Origin: Gammaproteobacteria bacterium | GTDB lineage: Bacteria > Pseudomonadota > Gammaproteobacteria > G965277405 | Assembly (NCBI GenBank): GCA_965277405.1 | Contig: OZ255726.1 | Span: forward strand, 1,600,001 to 1,664,000 | Reading direction: 5' to 3' | Length of the DNA stretch: 64,000 nt | Part shown: piece by piece, positions 18,436 through 30,154 of the stretch | Numbering within the stretch: the stretch's first letter is position 1 | Layout: every line of letters starts with the position of its first letter | Notes under the pieces: generated by a model | Told to the model about the DNA's origin: nothing | Database searches by the model: none | The model's input: the letters and a program-made list of their open reading frames with translations, nothing else | Made by a program: the position numbers and the translations under genes

Positions 18436-19383
18436 ATGGTAACCATTGAGAAATTTGATTCCAGAATTGAACGAATTTTTCTGGCAGACGCAACGCTGGA
18501 AAAAGTTTGTACTGGATCGCTATGGAATGAAGGTCCTGTCTGGCTAGAAACAGCGCAAACCTTACTTTGGAGTGATATTCCAAATAACAGAATATTAAGT
18601 TGGAATAGTAAGCAAGGTTTGCAGGTATGGCGCTCCCCAGCGAATTTTACCAACGGCCATTATTTAGATTTACAGGGCAACCTATTGCATTGCAGTCATG
18701 GTGGTCGCTCCATTGAGAAAACCGACTTACAAACGGGGGAAATACTCACCTTGGTGGATCGTTATCTTGACAAACGGCTGAACTCACCGAATGATTTAGT
18801 AGTCAAGTCTGATGGTAGTATTTGGTTTACTGACCCGCCTTACGGCATCTTATCTAATGTGGAAGGCTATCAAGCGGCGTCTGAGCAGCAAGGCAATTTT
18901 GTGTTTCGTTATGACCAAGCTAGCAATGATTTATCGGTGGTTTGTAGCAGTATGGAAGAACCCAATGGTCTTGCCTTTTCCCCAGATGAATCCCTGCTGT
19001 ATATTGCCGACACTTCTGCGGCTTTGCGTAAAGACGGTGCAGGCAATCACCATATTCAGGTATTTGATGTGGTGCAGGGCAGTGAGTTAGCTAATGAAAG
19101 GCTGTTTGCCGTGGTAGCGCCGGGTGTAGCGGACGGTTTTCGAGTAGATGAACAAGGTTGGATCTACACTTCCTCAGCAGACAGCATCCAGATTTATCAT
19201 CATGATGGCACCTTATTGGGTAAAATATTAGTCCCTGAAAAAGTATCGAACTGTACTTTTGCCGCCGACTATGCAACAAGCCATCTTGGCGCAACGTTGT
19301 ATATAACCGCGTCTACTTCTATTTATCGGATTAGACTTAATACCAGCGGAGCACATATTGCAACTTCACATAGTAGTATGTGA
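18436..19383 (+). CDS. SMP-30/gluconolactonase family protein
   Basis: EGPVW, WSDIPNNR, RLNSPNDLVV, WFTDPPYG, PNGLAFSPDE and ADGFRVD. Confidence 0.92.
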   Translation: MVTIEKFDSRIERIFLADATLEKVCTGSLWNEGPVWLETAQTLLWSDIPNNRILSWNSKQGLQVWRSPANFTNGHYLDLQGNLLHCSHGGRSIEKTDLQTGEILTLVDRYLDKRLNSPNDLVVKSDGSIWFTDPPYGILSNVEGYQAASEQQGNFVFRYDQASNDLSVVCSSMEEPNGLAFSPDESLLYIADTSAALRKDGAGNHHIQVFDVVQGSELANERLFAVVAPGVADGFRVDEQGWIYTSSADSIQIYHHDGTLLGKILVPEKVSNCTFAADYATSHLGATLYITASTSIYRIRLNTSGAHIATSHSSM

Positions 19384-19420
19384 TTGCTCGTTTCTAATTT
19401 AAATTTATAATGGAAATAGC

Positions 19421-19681
19421 ATGAGTTTTACAGAATATGTAGCTATTTTAACAGATTTTAAGAGCAGTGTTGTATCTGTTAATAACAATAACTACGCTGA
19501 CATTTGTCGCGCACAAGACCTGTTGATTGCTGAGCTAACGCAGCAAGGAGCAGTGATTAAAGGGTGGAAGTTGGTGGATGATGACGGCAGTTTCATCATA
19601 TCTCCTATTTTCGATTTTCAGATTTTTGCCAATCATGGCGAAGTTGTATCAGAGGTTCCACAGGAATGTCAGCAGCAGTAA
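19421..19681 (+). pseudogene. Short ORF, possible truncated hydratase/decarboxylase (FAH-fold) N-terminus
   Basis: AQD...IKGWKL pattern; ends abruptly next to a MITE-end-like sequence. Confidence 0.3.
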
Positions 19682-19734
19682 ATAACAGCTACCCTGCCAC
19701 TAAATTCTTTTGACAAAAAGACCCTTGCTTGGCG

Positions 19735-21282
19735 TTAAAACACCACACTGGGCAGCCATATTGCCAACGACGGCCACAGCCAGAGCACAGCAATGCCCAG
19801 CACCTGCAACGCGATAAACGGCATCACGCCAGCATAAATATGCCTAGTAGTAATTTCTGGTGGGGCGGCACTGCGCAGGTAAAACAGCGAGAAACCAAAG
19901 GGCGGCGTTAAGAACGATGTCTGCAGATTGATGGCAATTAATATTGCCAGCCAGACAGGATCATGACCCATCATAATCAAGCTCGGCACAATCAACGGCA
20001 GCAGAATTACGCTGATTTCGACAAAATCCAAGAAAAATCCCAGCATGAAAATCAGTACCATGCAGAAGATCAACGCCCCTGTTGGACCGTGGGGCAGCGA
20101 CGCAAGGATTTGTATAACATGGTCCTTACCGCCCAAGCCGATAAACACCAGCGAGAACATGCTGGCCGTCAGGATGGTAGCAAAAATCATCGCTGTTATG
20201 GTCATGGTTGATGTCAATGCCGATGTCAGCACACCACTCTTCCAAGCCTGTTGTAGAGATAACGCCAGCGCAGCAACGCCAGCAATTGCCAGCACGACAT
20301 ATCCTGCACCAACAACGTAGTCAAACCCAGTCAAATCACTGCGCTGCAGCCGTACTGGCACAATCCTTGCGACCACAGCAACGAGCAGCAACGCAGCCGT
20401 GCCAGCCAATATTAGCTGGCGATTGGGACTTTGGCGGATGCCAGCCATCAGCATCGCCCCAATTGCGCCCACCGATGCCGCCTCGGTTGGGGAGGCGATC
20501 CCAACAAGAATCGCGCCCAGTACCGCAATGATCAGCAACACTGGCGGCAAAATGGCGCGCAATACCTCGCCCATGTGCGGGCGGCCATCGTCACTTTGCA
20601 CAGGGGGCATGTCCTGAGGCCGCAAATAGCCCAAAATCAGAACATAGCCAATATAGATGGCTACCAGCGTCAGACCTGGGAACAATGCAGCAGCAAATAT
20701 CTGCCCGACAGAAATGGTTTCGATGCTAAATTTACCATGTTCATACTGCGCCTGCTGATAGGAAGACGACATCACATCCGACAAAATAATCAGTAAAGTT
20801 GACGGTGGAATGATCTGCCCGAGCGTGCCCGCCGTGCAAACAAGCCCAGACGCCAGTTTAGGATTGTATCCAGTGCGCAACATGGTCGGCAGCGCAATCA
20901 TACCCATGGCAATCACGGTCGCCCCAACAATCCCAGTAGATGCCGCCAATAATGTGCCGACCAAAATCACCGCAATGCCGAGACCACCGCGTAACTGACC
21001 AAACAACCTACCCATGGTATGCAGCAGTTCTGCGGCGATGTGCGATCGTTCCAGGACTACACCCATCATCACAAATAGCGGAATCGCAATCAGGACATCA
21101 TTGGTCAGCGTGCCAAAAAACCGCTGCCCCAGCGAACGCAGCAACGCGATATTCATGACGTCTGACGCCCAGCCGATATAGGCGAAAATCACCGCCACCC
21201 CAGCAATCGAGAACAACACTGGAAATCCCAACAGGATGCAGCCGAGCAGGGCGGCAAACATCAAAAAATCAAGATATTCCAT
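19735..21282 (-). CDS. dctM: TRAP transporter large permease
   Basis: LIAIPLFVMMG, LLAASTGIVGATV, GTLGQIIPPS and LQTSFLTPPFGFSLFYL. True start is MEYLDF at 21282; the ORF extension to 21351 is MITE sequence. Confidence 0.92.
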   Translation of the reverse strand: MEYLDFLMFAALLGCILLGFPVLFSIAGVAVIFAYIGWASDVMNIALLRSLGQRFFGTLTNDVLIAIPLFVMMGVVLERSHIAAELLHTMGRLFGQLRGGLGIAVILVGTLLAASTGIVGATVIAMGMIALPTMLRTGYNPKLASGLVCTAGTLGQIIPPSTLLIILSDVMSSSYQQAQYEHGKFSIETISVGQIFAAALFPGLTLVAIYIGYVLILGYLRPQDMPPVQSDDGRPHMGEVLRAILPPVLLIIAVLGAILVGIASPTEAASVGAIGAMLMAGIRQSPNRQLILAGTAALLLVAVVARIVPVRLQRSDLTGFDYVVGAGYVVLAIAGVAALALSLQQAWKSGVLTSALTSTMTITAMIFATILTASMFSLVFIGLGGKDHVIQILASLPHGPTGALIFCMVLIFMLGFFLDFVEISVILLPLIVPSLIMMGHDPVWLAILIAINLQTSFLTPPFGFSLFYLRSAAPPEITTRHIYAGVMPFIALQVLGIAVLWLWPSLAIWLPSVVF

Positions 21283-21285
21283 TAG

Positions 21286-21580
21286 GGAACCTCTGATTAA
21301 CTCGCTGATGGAGCGAGTTTGATGGCAATTGCTGATGATTGCAAGGCGCATTCCGAGAGCGCATGACCTAGCATATACGCCAAGGGATGCAACCCAGCCA
21401 GCGTAAGCAATTGCCGCAAACCGTTATATATGCAACACAACGACGCGAAAAAACACTGCGCTGCGTCGTTGCAGCACTTGGCAACACCCACAAGACCACC
21501 AGTATTAGTTGCGCACTGCGCTTAAGTTTCATCAGCGTTTTTTCTCCGTCTCGCCCGTCATGGACTTAAGCAGATCTTCC
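21286..21580 (+). mobile_element. MITE copy between dctQ and dctM
   Basis: TTAG|GGAACCTCTGATTAACTC...GACTTAAGCAGATCTTCC|TTAG. Confidence 0.95.
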
Positions 21581-22096
21581 TTAGTAATCCTTGCTGGCAA
21601 CGCCACCGCGCAAAATAATAATTTGCCGCAGCAGGCAGGATACAGACTGAATAAGCAACAGAACACAAAATGCTAAAATAAATGATTTAAGCAACCACAC
21701 CGCAGGAATACCGCCTACCGAAATTGCGCCTTCCATAATCAAGACTGAATTCAGCACCGATGGCCAGGTCCAGTATAACAATGCCGACATTGATGGGATC
21801 GCTAATACGGCAAAGCCAAACGTATCAATTCGCGCCTTGGTCATCTTGCGTGCAGTCGCATAGAAAATATCGACGCGCACATGGCGGTTGACCAACAACG
21901 TATAGCCAGCACCTAGCATAAAAAGCCCAGCATGCAGATAAAGAACGCTTTCATTGAGCGCGATTGAACTGAACCCGAAAACATAGCGCAGCAACACCAC
22001 AGCAAACTGCACAAGAACCATTAGCAGAGCAAACCAACGCACAGTCATTCCTGTCCACAGGTTGACTTGATCGAGCATATCAGCAATACGTTGCAT
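21581..22096 (-). CDS. dctQ: TRAP transporter small permease
   Basis: Four TM helices; VVLLRYVF and GAGYTLL...HVRVDIFY. Confidence 0.9.
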   Translation of the reverse strand: MQRIADMLDQVNLWTGMTVRWFALLMVLVQFAVVLLRYVFGFSSIALNESVLYLHAGLFMLGAGYTLLVNRHVRVDIFYATARKMTKARIDTFGFAVLAIPSMSALLYWTWPSVLNSVLIMEGAISVGGIPAVWLLKSFILAFCVLLLIQSVSCLLRQIIILRGGVASKDY

Positions 22097-22159
22097 GCAA
22101 TTTCTTAGCAAATGCCACAACCAGCGCAACGGATAGCCCCCGCACTGGTTTAATTTGCA

Positions 22160-23257
22160 TCAATAGCCAAGCACTTTGGCGCGTGCATTCATCTGACCAT
22201 TATCAGCATAGGTCATGTAACCCCCAATCAAATCGCGATAGGCAACGAAGCTTGCCACGATTTTGCGCGTCAGCGCATCATCGCTTGCTCGTAATTCGTC
22301 AATCACTGCGGCTGCGGCCTTACCCATGGCGTCAATGACATCAGCTGGCAGCATCCGGACTTTAACGCCTTGATCCGCAACTAGTTGCTGCAATGCGATG
22401 GCATGCTTCGTCTCGTATTCGGTCCAGACCTCATTATACAAGCTGTCACAGGCAAACTTGACCACTACTTGCAAATCTTGAGGAAGATCGGCAAACGTCT
22501 TGGCATTGATCGCACATTCTTCGGCCGAGGACGGCTCACCTACACCAGGCCAATAATAGTTTTTGGCAACCTGATAGAAACCAAGCGCACTATCTGACCA
22601 TGGACCAATAAACTCGCCAGCATCAAGCGCTCCTGACTGCAGCGCCTGAAACATGTCACGCCCGCCCATCGCCTGCACCGCCATGCCAAGTTTGGAACAC
22701 ATTTCTGATGCCAGCCCAGTGGTGCGGAATTTTAGTCCTTTCAAATCATCGACTGAATTGATTTCTTTGTGGAACCATCCAGCCCATTGCGGGCCAGAAT
22801 TGCCGCATAGGAATGGCTTTAAGCCAAATTTCGCATACATTTCATCGTAGAGTTGCTGACCGCCTCCATGGGCAAGCCAGCCTACCTGTTCATCGGCACG
22901 CAGACCAAATGGCTGCGAACCGAACAACAAAATACCCTTGGATTTCGACCCCCAATACGCTGGAATTGCATGGTACAATTCAACCGTGCCTTCGGAAACA
23001 GCATCAAAAACGCCATTGCCAGGCACTAATTCGCCAGCAGCATGGAGCTTGACTTCTATCCGTCCTCCAGAAAGAGTCGTGATACGATCAGCCAGTTTTT
23101 GTGCTGCCACCCCAGGACCTGGTAAGTTTTTAGGCCATGCGGTGACCATGTTCCACTGGCGTTTATCCTTTGCAAGCGCAGGCGTTGCCAATGTTGCGGC
23201 TGCTGCGGCTGCTCCCATGCTGGTCACGCCAGCTGTCAAAAATTCACGTCTTTTCAT
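22160..23257 (-). CDS. dctP: TRAP substrate-binding protein with Tat signal
   Basis: MKRREFL Tat motif, MVTAWPKNLPG, SGGRIEVKLHAAGELV, DLKGLKFR and DAGEFIGP. Confidence 0.9.
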   Translation of the reverse strand: MKRREFLTAGVTSMGAAAAAATLATPALAKDKRQWNMVTAWPKNLPGPGVAAQKLADRITTLSGGRIEVKLHAAGELVPGNGVFDAVSEGTVELYHAIPAYWGSKSKGILLFGSQPFGLRADEQVGWLAHGGGQQLYDEMYAKFGLKPFLCGNSGPQWAGWFHKEINSVDDLKGLKFRTTGLASEMCSKLGMAVQAMGGRDMFQALQSGALDAGEFIGPWSDSALGFYQVAKNYYWPGVGEPSSAEECAINAKTFADLPQDLQVVVKFACDSLYNEVWTEYETKHAIALQQLVADQGVKVRMLPADVIDAMGKAAAAVIDELRASDDALTRKIVASFVAYRDLIGGYMTYADNGQMNARAKVLGY

Positions 23258-23352
23258 GTTATAAATCCTCCTTGATTGAACTGCGAATAAGTTTGTAATA
23301 CAGGTATTTCCCCCGTTTTGTTACTCTCACTTGATTTTCTTGAACCCCGATT

Positions 23353-25038
23353 TTAGGAAGCAAGAATCCCGGGCAGATGCAGCCCGTGTTGCTGCGCGCA
23401 TTCGATGGCAATGTCGTAGCCAGCATCGGCATGACGCATCACACCGGTTGCTGGGTCATTCCAAAGCACGCGTTTAATCCTAGCTGCGGCGTCTGCGCTG
23501 CCGTCGCAACAGATCACCATGCCGGCATGCTGCGAAAATCCCATGCCAACCCCGCCGCCGTGATGGAACGAGACCCAAGTCGCCCCTGAGGCGCAATTCA
23601 GTAGCGCATTCAGCAACGGCCAGTCACTGACGGCATCCGACCCATCTTTCATAGCTTCTGTTTCACGGTTGGGACTTGCGACCGATCCGCTATCTAGATG
23701 GTCGCGGCCGATCACCACTGGGGCTTGCAGCTCGCCATTTTTGACCATTTCATTAAATGCCAGCCCCAACCGATGCCGCTGCCCCAGACCAACCCAGCAA
23801 ATACGCGCGGGCAGCCCTTGAAAGGCGATGCGATCGCGCGCCATGTCCAGCCAATTATGCAGGTGTTCATCATCTGGGATCAGTTCCTTTACCTTATGAT
23901 CGGTCTTATAAATATCTTCGGGGTCACCAGAAAGTGCTACCCAACGGAATGGTCCGATCCCCTGACAAAATAACGGGCGGATATAAGCCGCGACAAACCC
24001 TGGAAACGCAAACGCTGTTGCCAAACCTTCTTCAAGCGCCACTTGTCGAATATTGTTGCCATAATCAACTGTCGGGATTCCAGCATTATGGAAGGCAACC
24101 ATGGCTTCGACCTGAACACGCATCGATGCCCGCGCAGCTGTTGCGACTGCCTGCGGATTACTTTGCTGTTGTTCGCGCCATTGCGCCACATTCCAGCTTT
24201 GCGGCAAATACCCATGCACAGGGTCATGTGCCGATGTCTGATCAGTGACGATATGCGGGCGCACGCCGCGTTTGACCAGCTCTGGAAACACATCGGCAGC
24301 ATTCCCAATCAGGGCAACCGATTTGGTTTCGCCCGCCTGTATCCAGCGATCAATCATCGCCAATGCCTCGTCCAGCGCATCGGTTTTTGCATCGACATAG
24401 CGAGTCCGTAGGCGGATATCGGCGCGCGCTTCATCGCATTCAACCGCCAAACAACACGCCCCAGCCATTACCGCTGCCAATGGCTGGGCGCCACCCATGC
24501 CACCTAGCCCTGCCGTCAGTATCCAGCGCCCCTTCAGGCTGCCGTTATAATGTTGGCGTCCAGCCGCGACGAAGGTTTCATAAGTCCCCTGCACAATGCC
24601 CTGTGAGCCGATATAAACCCACGAACCAGCTGTCATCTGCCCATACATTGCCAGACCCTTTTTGTCGAGTTCATTGAAATTATCCCAGTTCGCCCAATGC
24701 GGCACCAGGTTGGAATTGGCGATCAAAACGCGGGGCGCATTGGTATGCGTACGGAACACACCGACCGGCTTGCCCGACTGCACCAGCAACGTCTCGTCAT
24801 CTTCCAACTCTTTCAGGCTGGCAACGATCAGGTCAAAATCCTTCCATGTGCGCGCCGCCCGACCAATCCCGCCATACACCACCAACTCATGCGGGTTTTC
24901 GGCAACATCGGGGTGCAGGTTGTTCATCAGCATGCGCATCGGCGCTTCAGTCATCCAGCTTTTTGCGGTGATGACGCTACCAGTTGCGGGAAAAACATCA
25001 CGCCGACTATGACGCGGATTGTGATTCTGTGTACTCAT
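23353..25038 (-). CDS. hutU: Urocanate hydratase
   Basis: [41 protein letters not shown] and [10 protein letters not shown]. Confidence 0.97.
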   Translation of the reverse strand: MSTQNHNPRHSRRDVFPATGSVITAKSWMTEAPMRMLMNNLHPDVAENPHELVVYGGIGRAARTWKDFDLIVASLKELEDDETLLVQSGKPVGVFRTHTNAPRVLIANSNLVPHWANWDNFNELDKKGLAMYGQMTAGSWVYIGSQGIVQGTYETFVAAGRQHYNGSLKGRWILTAGLGGMGGAQPLAAVMAGACCLAVECDEARADIRLRTRYVDAKTDALDEALAMIDRWIQAGETKSVALIGNAADVFPELVKRGVRPHIVTDQTSAHDPVHGYLPQSWNVAQWREQQQSNPQAVATAARASMRVQVEAMVAFHNAGIPTVDYGNNIRQVALEEGLATAFAFPGFVAAYIRPLFCQGIGPFRWVALSGDPEDIYKTDHKVKELIPDDEHLHNWLDMARDRIAFQGLPARICWVGLGQRHRLGLAFNEMVKNGELQAPVVIGRDHLDSGSVASPNRETEAMKDGSDAVSDWPLLNALLNCASGATWVSFHHGGGVGMGFSQHAGMVICCDGSADAAARIKRVLWNDPATGVMRHADAGYDIAIECAQQHGLHLPGILAS

Positions 25039-25859
25039 AATGTGCCTCTTAGAGGATCTCTGATTAAAGTCGGTGCCAATCTGGTCAAAGTTGCAAGAAT
25101 AGCAGTCAGATAGCCACGCAGCTGCGCCGCACGCCTCTTATCATAGCTCCAAGGGGGCGCCTCGGCCGACAGATACGCCGACTGGGCTAGCTCCATTTGG
25201 ATAGCATGTTGACAGATATCGGGGCGGCCGTAATGACGCGTGGTCCAGCCACCCTGAAAACGACCGTTACAAACGGATGAATAGCCGCTGGCCGCTGCGC
25301 AAATCTTGCGGGTTGCAGCTTCAATCACCGCTGCACATGTTGTGCCCAGATTGGTGCCGATATTAAAATCTGGCAGCGTGCCGGCAAACAGGAACGCAAT
25401 ACGCGAGCGAATAGAATGACAGTCATACAGGATTACCACACCATGTTGGTGACGCACGCGTTCAAGCTCGCGGGATAATGCCTGATGATATGGTGCGTGG
25501 AAATTATCAGTTCGCAACGCGATATCATTGGTATCTGGAACGTGGTTCCAAATATTGTTACCGTCAAAATCGGTTAGCGGCACGAGGGCTGTGATATTTT
25601 GGCCAGGGTATAAGCTAGCCCCTGCTGGATCACGGTTAGCATCAATTACATAGCGGTGAAAGGTCGCCCTGACACTGGTCACACCTGGCAACAAGCCGTC
25701 ATACAGCTGCTGGATATGCCAATCGGTATCGGTCAACTTTCTGCCCCGGTCGTTTAGTTTAGCGGCAATATCAGCGGGTATAAAAGTCCCAGTATGGGGC
25801 ATTCCCAGCACAATCGGCCCGTCGCCACGCTGGATTTCTACCGCGTCAACCTTAGTCAT
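25035..25859 (-). CDS. hutG: N-formylglutamate deformylase
   Basis: [42 protein letters not shown] and HAIQMELAQ. Confidence 0.92.
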   Translation of the reverse strand: MTKVDAVEIQRGDGPIVLGMPHTGTFIPADIAAKLNDRGRKLTDTDWHIQQLYDGLLPGVTSVRATFHRYVIDANRDPAGASLYPGQNITALVPLTDFDGNNIWNHVPDTNDIALRTDNFHAPYHQALSRELERVRHQHGVVILYDCHSIRSRIAFLFAGTLPDFNIGTNLGTTCAAVIEAATRKICAAASGYSSVCNGRFQGGWTTRHYGRPDICQHAIQMELAQSAYLSAEAPPWSYDKRRAAQLRGYLTAILATLTRLAPTLIRDPLRGTL

Positions 25860-27397
25860 ACGCCACCGCCCACCACAAAACCTGAAAGTTTTGCTGTTGC
25901 GACAACATGACCATCGCTGACAAGTTCGGCAGACTTAGCCATATCTGGCGCCATATAACGGTCTTGTTGCATGGATTGAATATCTTTGCGCAGCATCGCT
26001 ACCACCGCCTGCAGAGCGCTGCTGGTTGTAAGTGGAGCACGAAATTCGACCCCCTGCGCGCCACAGATCAGCTCAACCCCTAGAATATTGGAGAGATTGG
26101 CATTCATGCTCGCCAGCCGCCGTGCGCCGTAGGCCGCCATCGACACATGATCTTCCTGGTTGGCACTGGTCGGTGTTGAATCGGTCGAGCAGGGATTGGC
26201 AAGATGCTTGTTTTCGCTCATCAGCGCTGCCGTTGTGACCTCGGCAATCATCAGGCCAGAGTTTAAGCCTGGTTCTGGTGTAAGGAACGGCGGCAAGTCA
26301 TGCGACAGGGTCGGATCAACCATCAACGCTACGCGGCGCTGGGCAATCGCGCCAATCTCGGCAATAGCCAAAGCAATCAGATCGGCAGCAAATGCCACTG
26401 GTTCGGCGTGAAAATTACCCCCAGAGACAATACGGCCGTCTGCTTGCAAGACCAGCGGGTTGTCGGTGGCAGCATTCGCCTCGATTGCTAATGTCTGCCC
26501 AGCAAAGCGCAACAGATCCATCGCCGCTCCAGTGACTTGCGGTTGACAGCGGATGCAATACGGGTCCTGAACACGGGTATCGTTGTCGCGGTGGCTTTCT
26601 CGGATTGCCGATCCTGCCATCAGGTTGCGCATCGCCCGCGCTACATTGATCTGCCCTAGATGCCCGCGCAGGGCATGGATTTCTGCTGTCAGCGGCTCGG
26701 TTGACCCCATGATGGCATCGGTCGATAACGACGCGCTGACAAGCGAGGTTGCGGCATTGCGCCAAGCAGAAAACAGCCCCACCAGCGCGCATGCGGTTGA
26801 AAACTGCGTGCCATTGATCAGTGCCAGTCCTTCTTTTGGCCCCAGTACCACAGGCTTGAGACCAGCCCTAGCCAATGCCTTAGCACCAGTAAGCGTTTCA
26901 CCTTGATACACCGCCTTACCTGCGCCAATCATCACCGCGGACATATGGGCGAGAGGAGCCAAATCGCCAGAAGCGCCAACCGACCCTTGTGATGGCACGA
27001 CTGGGGTCACACCATGTTGCAGCATTTCCTCAATCATCGCGATGATGTCCCAGCGCACACCCGACGCTCCACGGCCAAGCGACAGTAATTTTAACGCCAT
27101 CATCAAACGGACTGTCGGCATATCAAGGGCAGTCCCCACCCCACAGCAATGACTCAGGATCAAGTTGCGCTGCAGTGTTTCGGTATCTGTTTTGGCAATC
27201 TTGACCGCTGCCAGTTTGCCAAAACCAGTATTGACCCCGTAAACTGCCTTGCTGCCTGCGGCGGCGGCGCATACCAGAGCGTTTGCGGCCTCGACCCCAG
27301 CCTTGGACGCTGGGTCTAGCTTGACCGCTGCCTCGCTGCGCAAAATATGTTCAAAATCAGCTAGTTTCGCCAAAGTAGGGGTGAGGATGACCGTCAT
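25856..27397 (-). CDS. hutH: Histidine ammonia-lyase
   Basis: [20 protein letters not shown] (MIO ASG), [11 protein letters not shown] and [10 protein letters not shown]. Confidence 0.97.
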   Translation of the reverse strand: MTVILTPTLAKLADFEHILRSEAAVKLDPASKAGVEAANALVCAAAAGSKAVYGVNTGFGKLAAVKIAKTDTETLQRNLILSHCCGVGTALDMPTVRLMMALKLLSLGRGASGVRWDIIAMIEEMLQHGVTPVVPSQGSVGASGDLAPLAHMSAVMIGAGKAVYQGETLTGAKALARAGLKPVVLGPKEGLALINGTQFSTACALVGLFSAWRNAATSLVSASLSTDAIMGSTEPLTAEIHALRGHLGQINVARAMRNLMAGSAIRESHRDNDTRVQDPYCIRCQPQVTGAAMDLLRFAGQTLAIEANAATDNPLVLQADGRIVSGGNFHAEPVAFAADLIALAIAEIGAIAQRRVALMVDPTLSHDLPPFLTPEPGLNSGLMIAEVTTAALMSENKHLANPCSTDSTPTSANQEDHVSMAAYGARRLASMNANLSNILGVELICGAQGVEFRAPLTTSSALQAVVAMLRKDIQSMQQDRYMAPDMAKSAELVSDGHVVATAKLSGFVVGGGV

Positions 27398-28677
27398 TTG
27401 CCATCCTGGAAAAACGCTGGGCTGGCTGGGCTAGGGCGCGTTGCTGCGCGCTGATATCGCGCTGGGGCATCGCCAAAAATACGTTCAAACAACGGGTTAA
27501 ACCCGATACGGTACGAAAGTTCAGCGGGGTGTTGCACATCCCAGATCGCAAGATCAGCACGCATGCCAGCTTTGACCTGACCAGTATCTAACAGCCCCAA
27601 CGCCCGTGCGGCATGGACTGTCGCCCCGACCAAGGATTCTTCTGGTGTTAATTTGAACAATGTGCAGCACATATTCATCGCCAATAGGATAGATGTCAGC
27701 GGTGATGTCCCAGGATTGCAATCAGTGGCGACGGCCATTGGCACGCCATGCTGGCGCAACGCAGCAAGCGGCGGCAACTGCGTTGCTTGTAGCGTGTAAA
27801 ACGCGCCAGGCAGCAACACTGCGACCGACCCAGCTGCCGCCATTGCCTTGACGTCGTCTTCATTGGCATATTCGATATGATCAACGGAAATCGCGCCATA
27901 TTCAGCAGCCAATTTGCTGCCGCCGCTGTTAGAAAGCTGCTCTGCATGCAGCTTGACTGGTATCTCAAGCTTGGCAGCCACGTCAAACACACGTTTGATC
28001 TGCACAGTGTCAAAGGCAATCCCTTCACAGAATCCGTCGACTGCATCGACCAGCCCTTCGGCATGGGCAGCACGCAGGGTCGGGATGCAGACCTCGTCGA
28101 TATAACGATCTGCATCGCCTTGATATTCTGTAGGGGTAGCGTGCGCGCCAAGGAACGTGGTTTTGATCCGCACCGCACGATAATCGGCAATCAAACGGGC
28201 AGCGCGCAGCATATTTAGTTCCGTCTGCCGATCCAGTCCATATCCAGATTTGACCTCGATTACGCTAACACCTGTGGCGAGCAGCGCATCCACACGCGGC
28301 AATGCGCTTGCCAGCAATTCGTCAACATTGGCTTGGCGCGTTGCGGACACGGTCGACATAATGCCGCCACCTGCACGGGAAACTTCTGCATAACTTGCCC
28401 CTTCCAGCCGCATCGCAAACTCAACCGCACGATTGCCGCCATATAGCAGATGGGTGTGGCAGTCGATCAAGGCTGGGGTGATCAGGCGACCTGCAAGGTC
28501 GCGAACAGGGAAGTGTTGTCGGTCTGTATATTCTGCGGGGATGGAGTCGGCGTTACCGACCCAGACGATCTTGTTGGCTGCGATCGCAACCGCGCCGTTA
28601 TCCCTCATACAATAAGAATACTGGCTCGCGCCTGGTGCGTGTTCAATCGTGGCGATTTTCGCGTTTTTTAACAACAT
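27394..28677 (-). CDS. hutI: Imidazolonepropionase
   Basis: [24 protein letters not shown] and [10 protein letters not shown]. Confidence 0.96.
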   Translation of the reverse strand: MLLKNAKIATIEHAPGASQYSYCMRDNGAVAIAANKIVWVGNADSIPAEYTDRQHFPVRDLAGRLITPALIDCHTHLLYGGNRAVEFAMRLEGASYAEVSRAGGGIMSTVSATRQANVDELLASALPRVDALLATGVSVIEVKSGYGLDRQTELNMLRAARLIADYRAVRIKTTFLGAHATPTEYQGDADRYIDEVCIPTLRAAHAEGLVDAVDGFCEGIAFDTVQIKRVFDVAAKLEIPVKLHAEQLSNSGGSKLAAEYGAISVDHIEYANEDDVKAMAAAGSVAVLLPGAFYTLQATQLPPLAALRQHGVPMAVATDCNPGTSPLTSILLAMNMCCTLFKLTPEESLVGATVHAARALGLLDTGQVKAGMRADLAIWDVQHPAELSYRIGFNPLFERIFGDAPARYQRAATRPSPASPAFFQDGK

Positions 28678-28715
28678 GACGGCGCATCACTCCTTGATAA
28701 GTCTAGTATTGAATT

Positions 28716-28737
28716 ATATTATGTCTATACATAATAT
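28716..28737. promoter_or_regulatory. Probable HutC operator (ATATTATGTCTATACATAATAT) in the divergent hutI/hutF promoter
   Basis: Near-perfect 22-bp palindrome with a TGT-N4-ACA core between divergent hut genes. Confidence 0.75.
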
Positions 28738-28760
28738 CTCTGTCAAGACGGACATACACA

Positions 28761-30125
28761 ATGCAAGTTATTTGGACAAATCAGGCGTTAACGACTGCTG
28801 GTTGGGAACAAAACGTGCGAGTCGTAATTGGTGATGATGGTAGAATTGCTAGCATTCAGGCAGATGTAGCTGCGACGGGCACCACTGTTGGCATATTATT
28901 GCCCGCCATTTCTAACCTGCACAGCCATGCCTTTCAGCGCGCCATGGCTGGCTTAACCGAAAAACGCGGTCTTAATCCGCTGGATACGTTTTGGACATGG
29001 CGGCAATTGATGTTTCGCTTTCTTAACCAGTTGACCCCCGATCATGTCGAAGCGATCGCAGCCTTTGTCCAGATGGAAATGCTGGAAGCCGGTTATGCCA
29101 ACAATACTGAGTTTCATTACCTACATCACCAGCCAGGTGGGCATTTGTATGACAATATCGCCGAAATGGCCGAACGCATTGCCAGTGCGACCAGCCACAC
29201 TGGTATCGGTCTGACATTATTGCCCGTACATTACCAGTTTGGCGGATGTGACAAACGCCCACTGGGTCTAGGACAAATCCGCTTTGGCAACGATCAGGAT
29301 CGCTTCGCTAAATTGTATCAAAAATCTGTACAGACCCTGCAACACCTGCCAGCAGATACCCGCATGGGAGTGGCGCCGCATTCGCTGCGCGCGATCGACC
29401 GCGCTGACTTGGTTTTGACAGCCCAGTTGTCTAGAGACGGCTTGGTGCACATGCATCTGGCCGAACAGATCGCCGAAGTCGAGGAAGTAGCCGCATGCTG
29501 GGGTAGACGCCCGGTCGAATGGCTGCTTGATAACGTCAACATTGATGAAAACTGGTGTCTGATTCATTGCACCCAAATGCAGGAACACGAAACACAGGGT
29601 CTTGCCAAAACAAGGGCGGTGGTGGGACTGTGCCCGATCACAGAATCAAGCTTGGGTGACGGTATTTTTGACGGCGTGCGCTATCTTGCAGGCGGCGGCA
29701 AGATTGGCATCGGCTCGGATGCCAATATCCGCATTTCCTTATCCGAGGAAATCCGCACCTTGGAATACAGCCAGCGTTTGCGCGACAATTCGCGCGCGGT
29801 CTTTGCCAACACTGCAAAATCCACGGGGCGTCGCCTGTACGAGGAAGTTGCGCGCGGCGGTGCGCTGGCAGCTGGTCGCGACGCAGGAAGAATTGAGGTT
29901 GGCGCGCTAGCTGATCTGCTGGCGCTTGACGCTGCGGCAGTTAATCTGATCGGGCGGACAGGCGATACGATTCTGGATACGTATATCTTTGCTGGAGATG
30001 ATCGCATGGTGCGTGATGTCTGGTCTGCTGGTCGCCATATGGTGAAAAATGGGCAGCATGTTGCCCATGATGCGCTTACCAACAACTACCGGCAGGTGAT
30101 GAAACAACTCAGGGAAGTAGTCTGA
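28761..30125 (+). CDS. hutF: Formimidoylglutamate deiminase
   Basis: NLHSHAFQRAMAGL, FWTWR, EFHYLHH, APHSLRA, HMHLAEQ and CPITESSLGDG. Confidence 0.95.
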   Translation: MQVIWTNQALTTAGWEQNVRVVIGDDGRIASIQADVAATGTTVGILLPAISNLHSHAFQRAMAGLTEKRGLNPLDTFWTWRQLMFRFLNQLTPDHVEAIAAFVQMEMLEAGYANNTEFHYLHHQPGGHLYDNIAEMAERIASATSHTGIGLTLLPVHYQFGGCDKRPLGLGQIRFGNDQDRFAKLYQKSVQTLQHLPADTRMGVAPHSLRAIDRADLVLTAQLSRDGLVHMHLAEQIAEVEEVAACWGRRPVEWLLDNVNIDENWCLIHCTQMQEHETQGLAKTRAVVGLCPITESSLGDGIFDGVRYLAGGGKIGIGSDANIRISLSEEIRTLEYSQRLRDNSRAVFANTAKSTGRRLYEEVARGGALAAGRDAGRIEVGALADLLALDAAAVNLIGRTGDTILDTYIFAGDDRMVRDVWSAGRHMVKNGQHVAHDALTNNYRQVMKQLREVV

Positions 30126-30154
30126 GCGCAGCAGCACCAACCAACTGGCAAAGT

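Noticed and set aside
21283-21351. N-terminal extension of dctM
   Set aside because: It lies in the MITE and its target duplication; the reconstructed pre-insertion junction puts the start at 21282.
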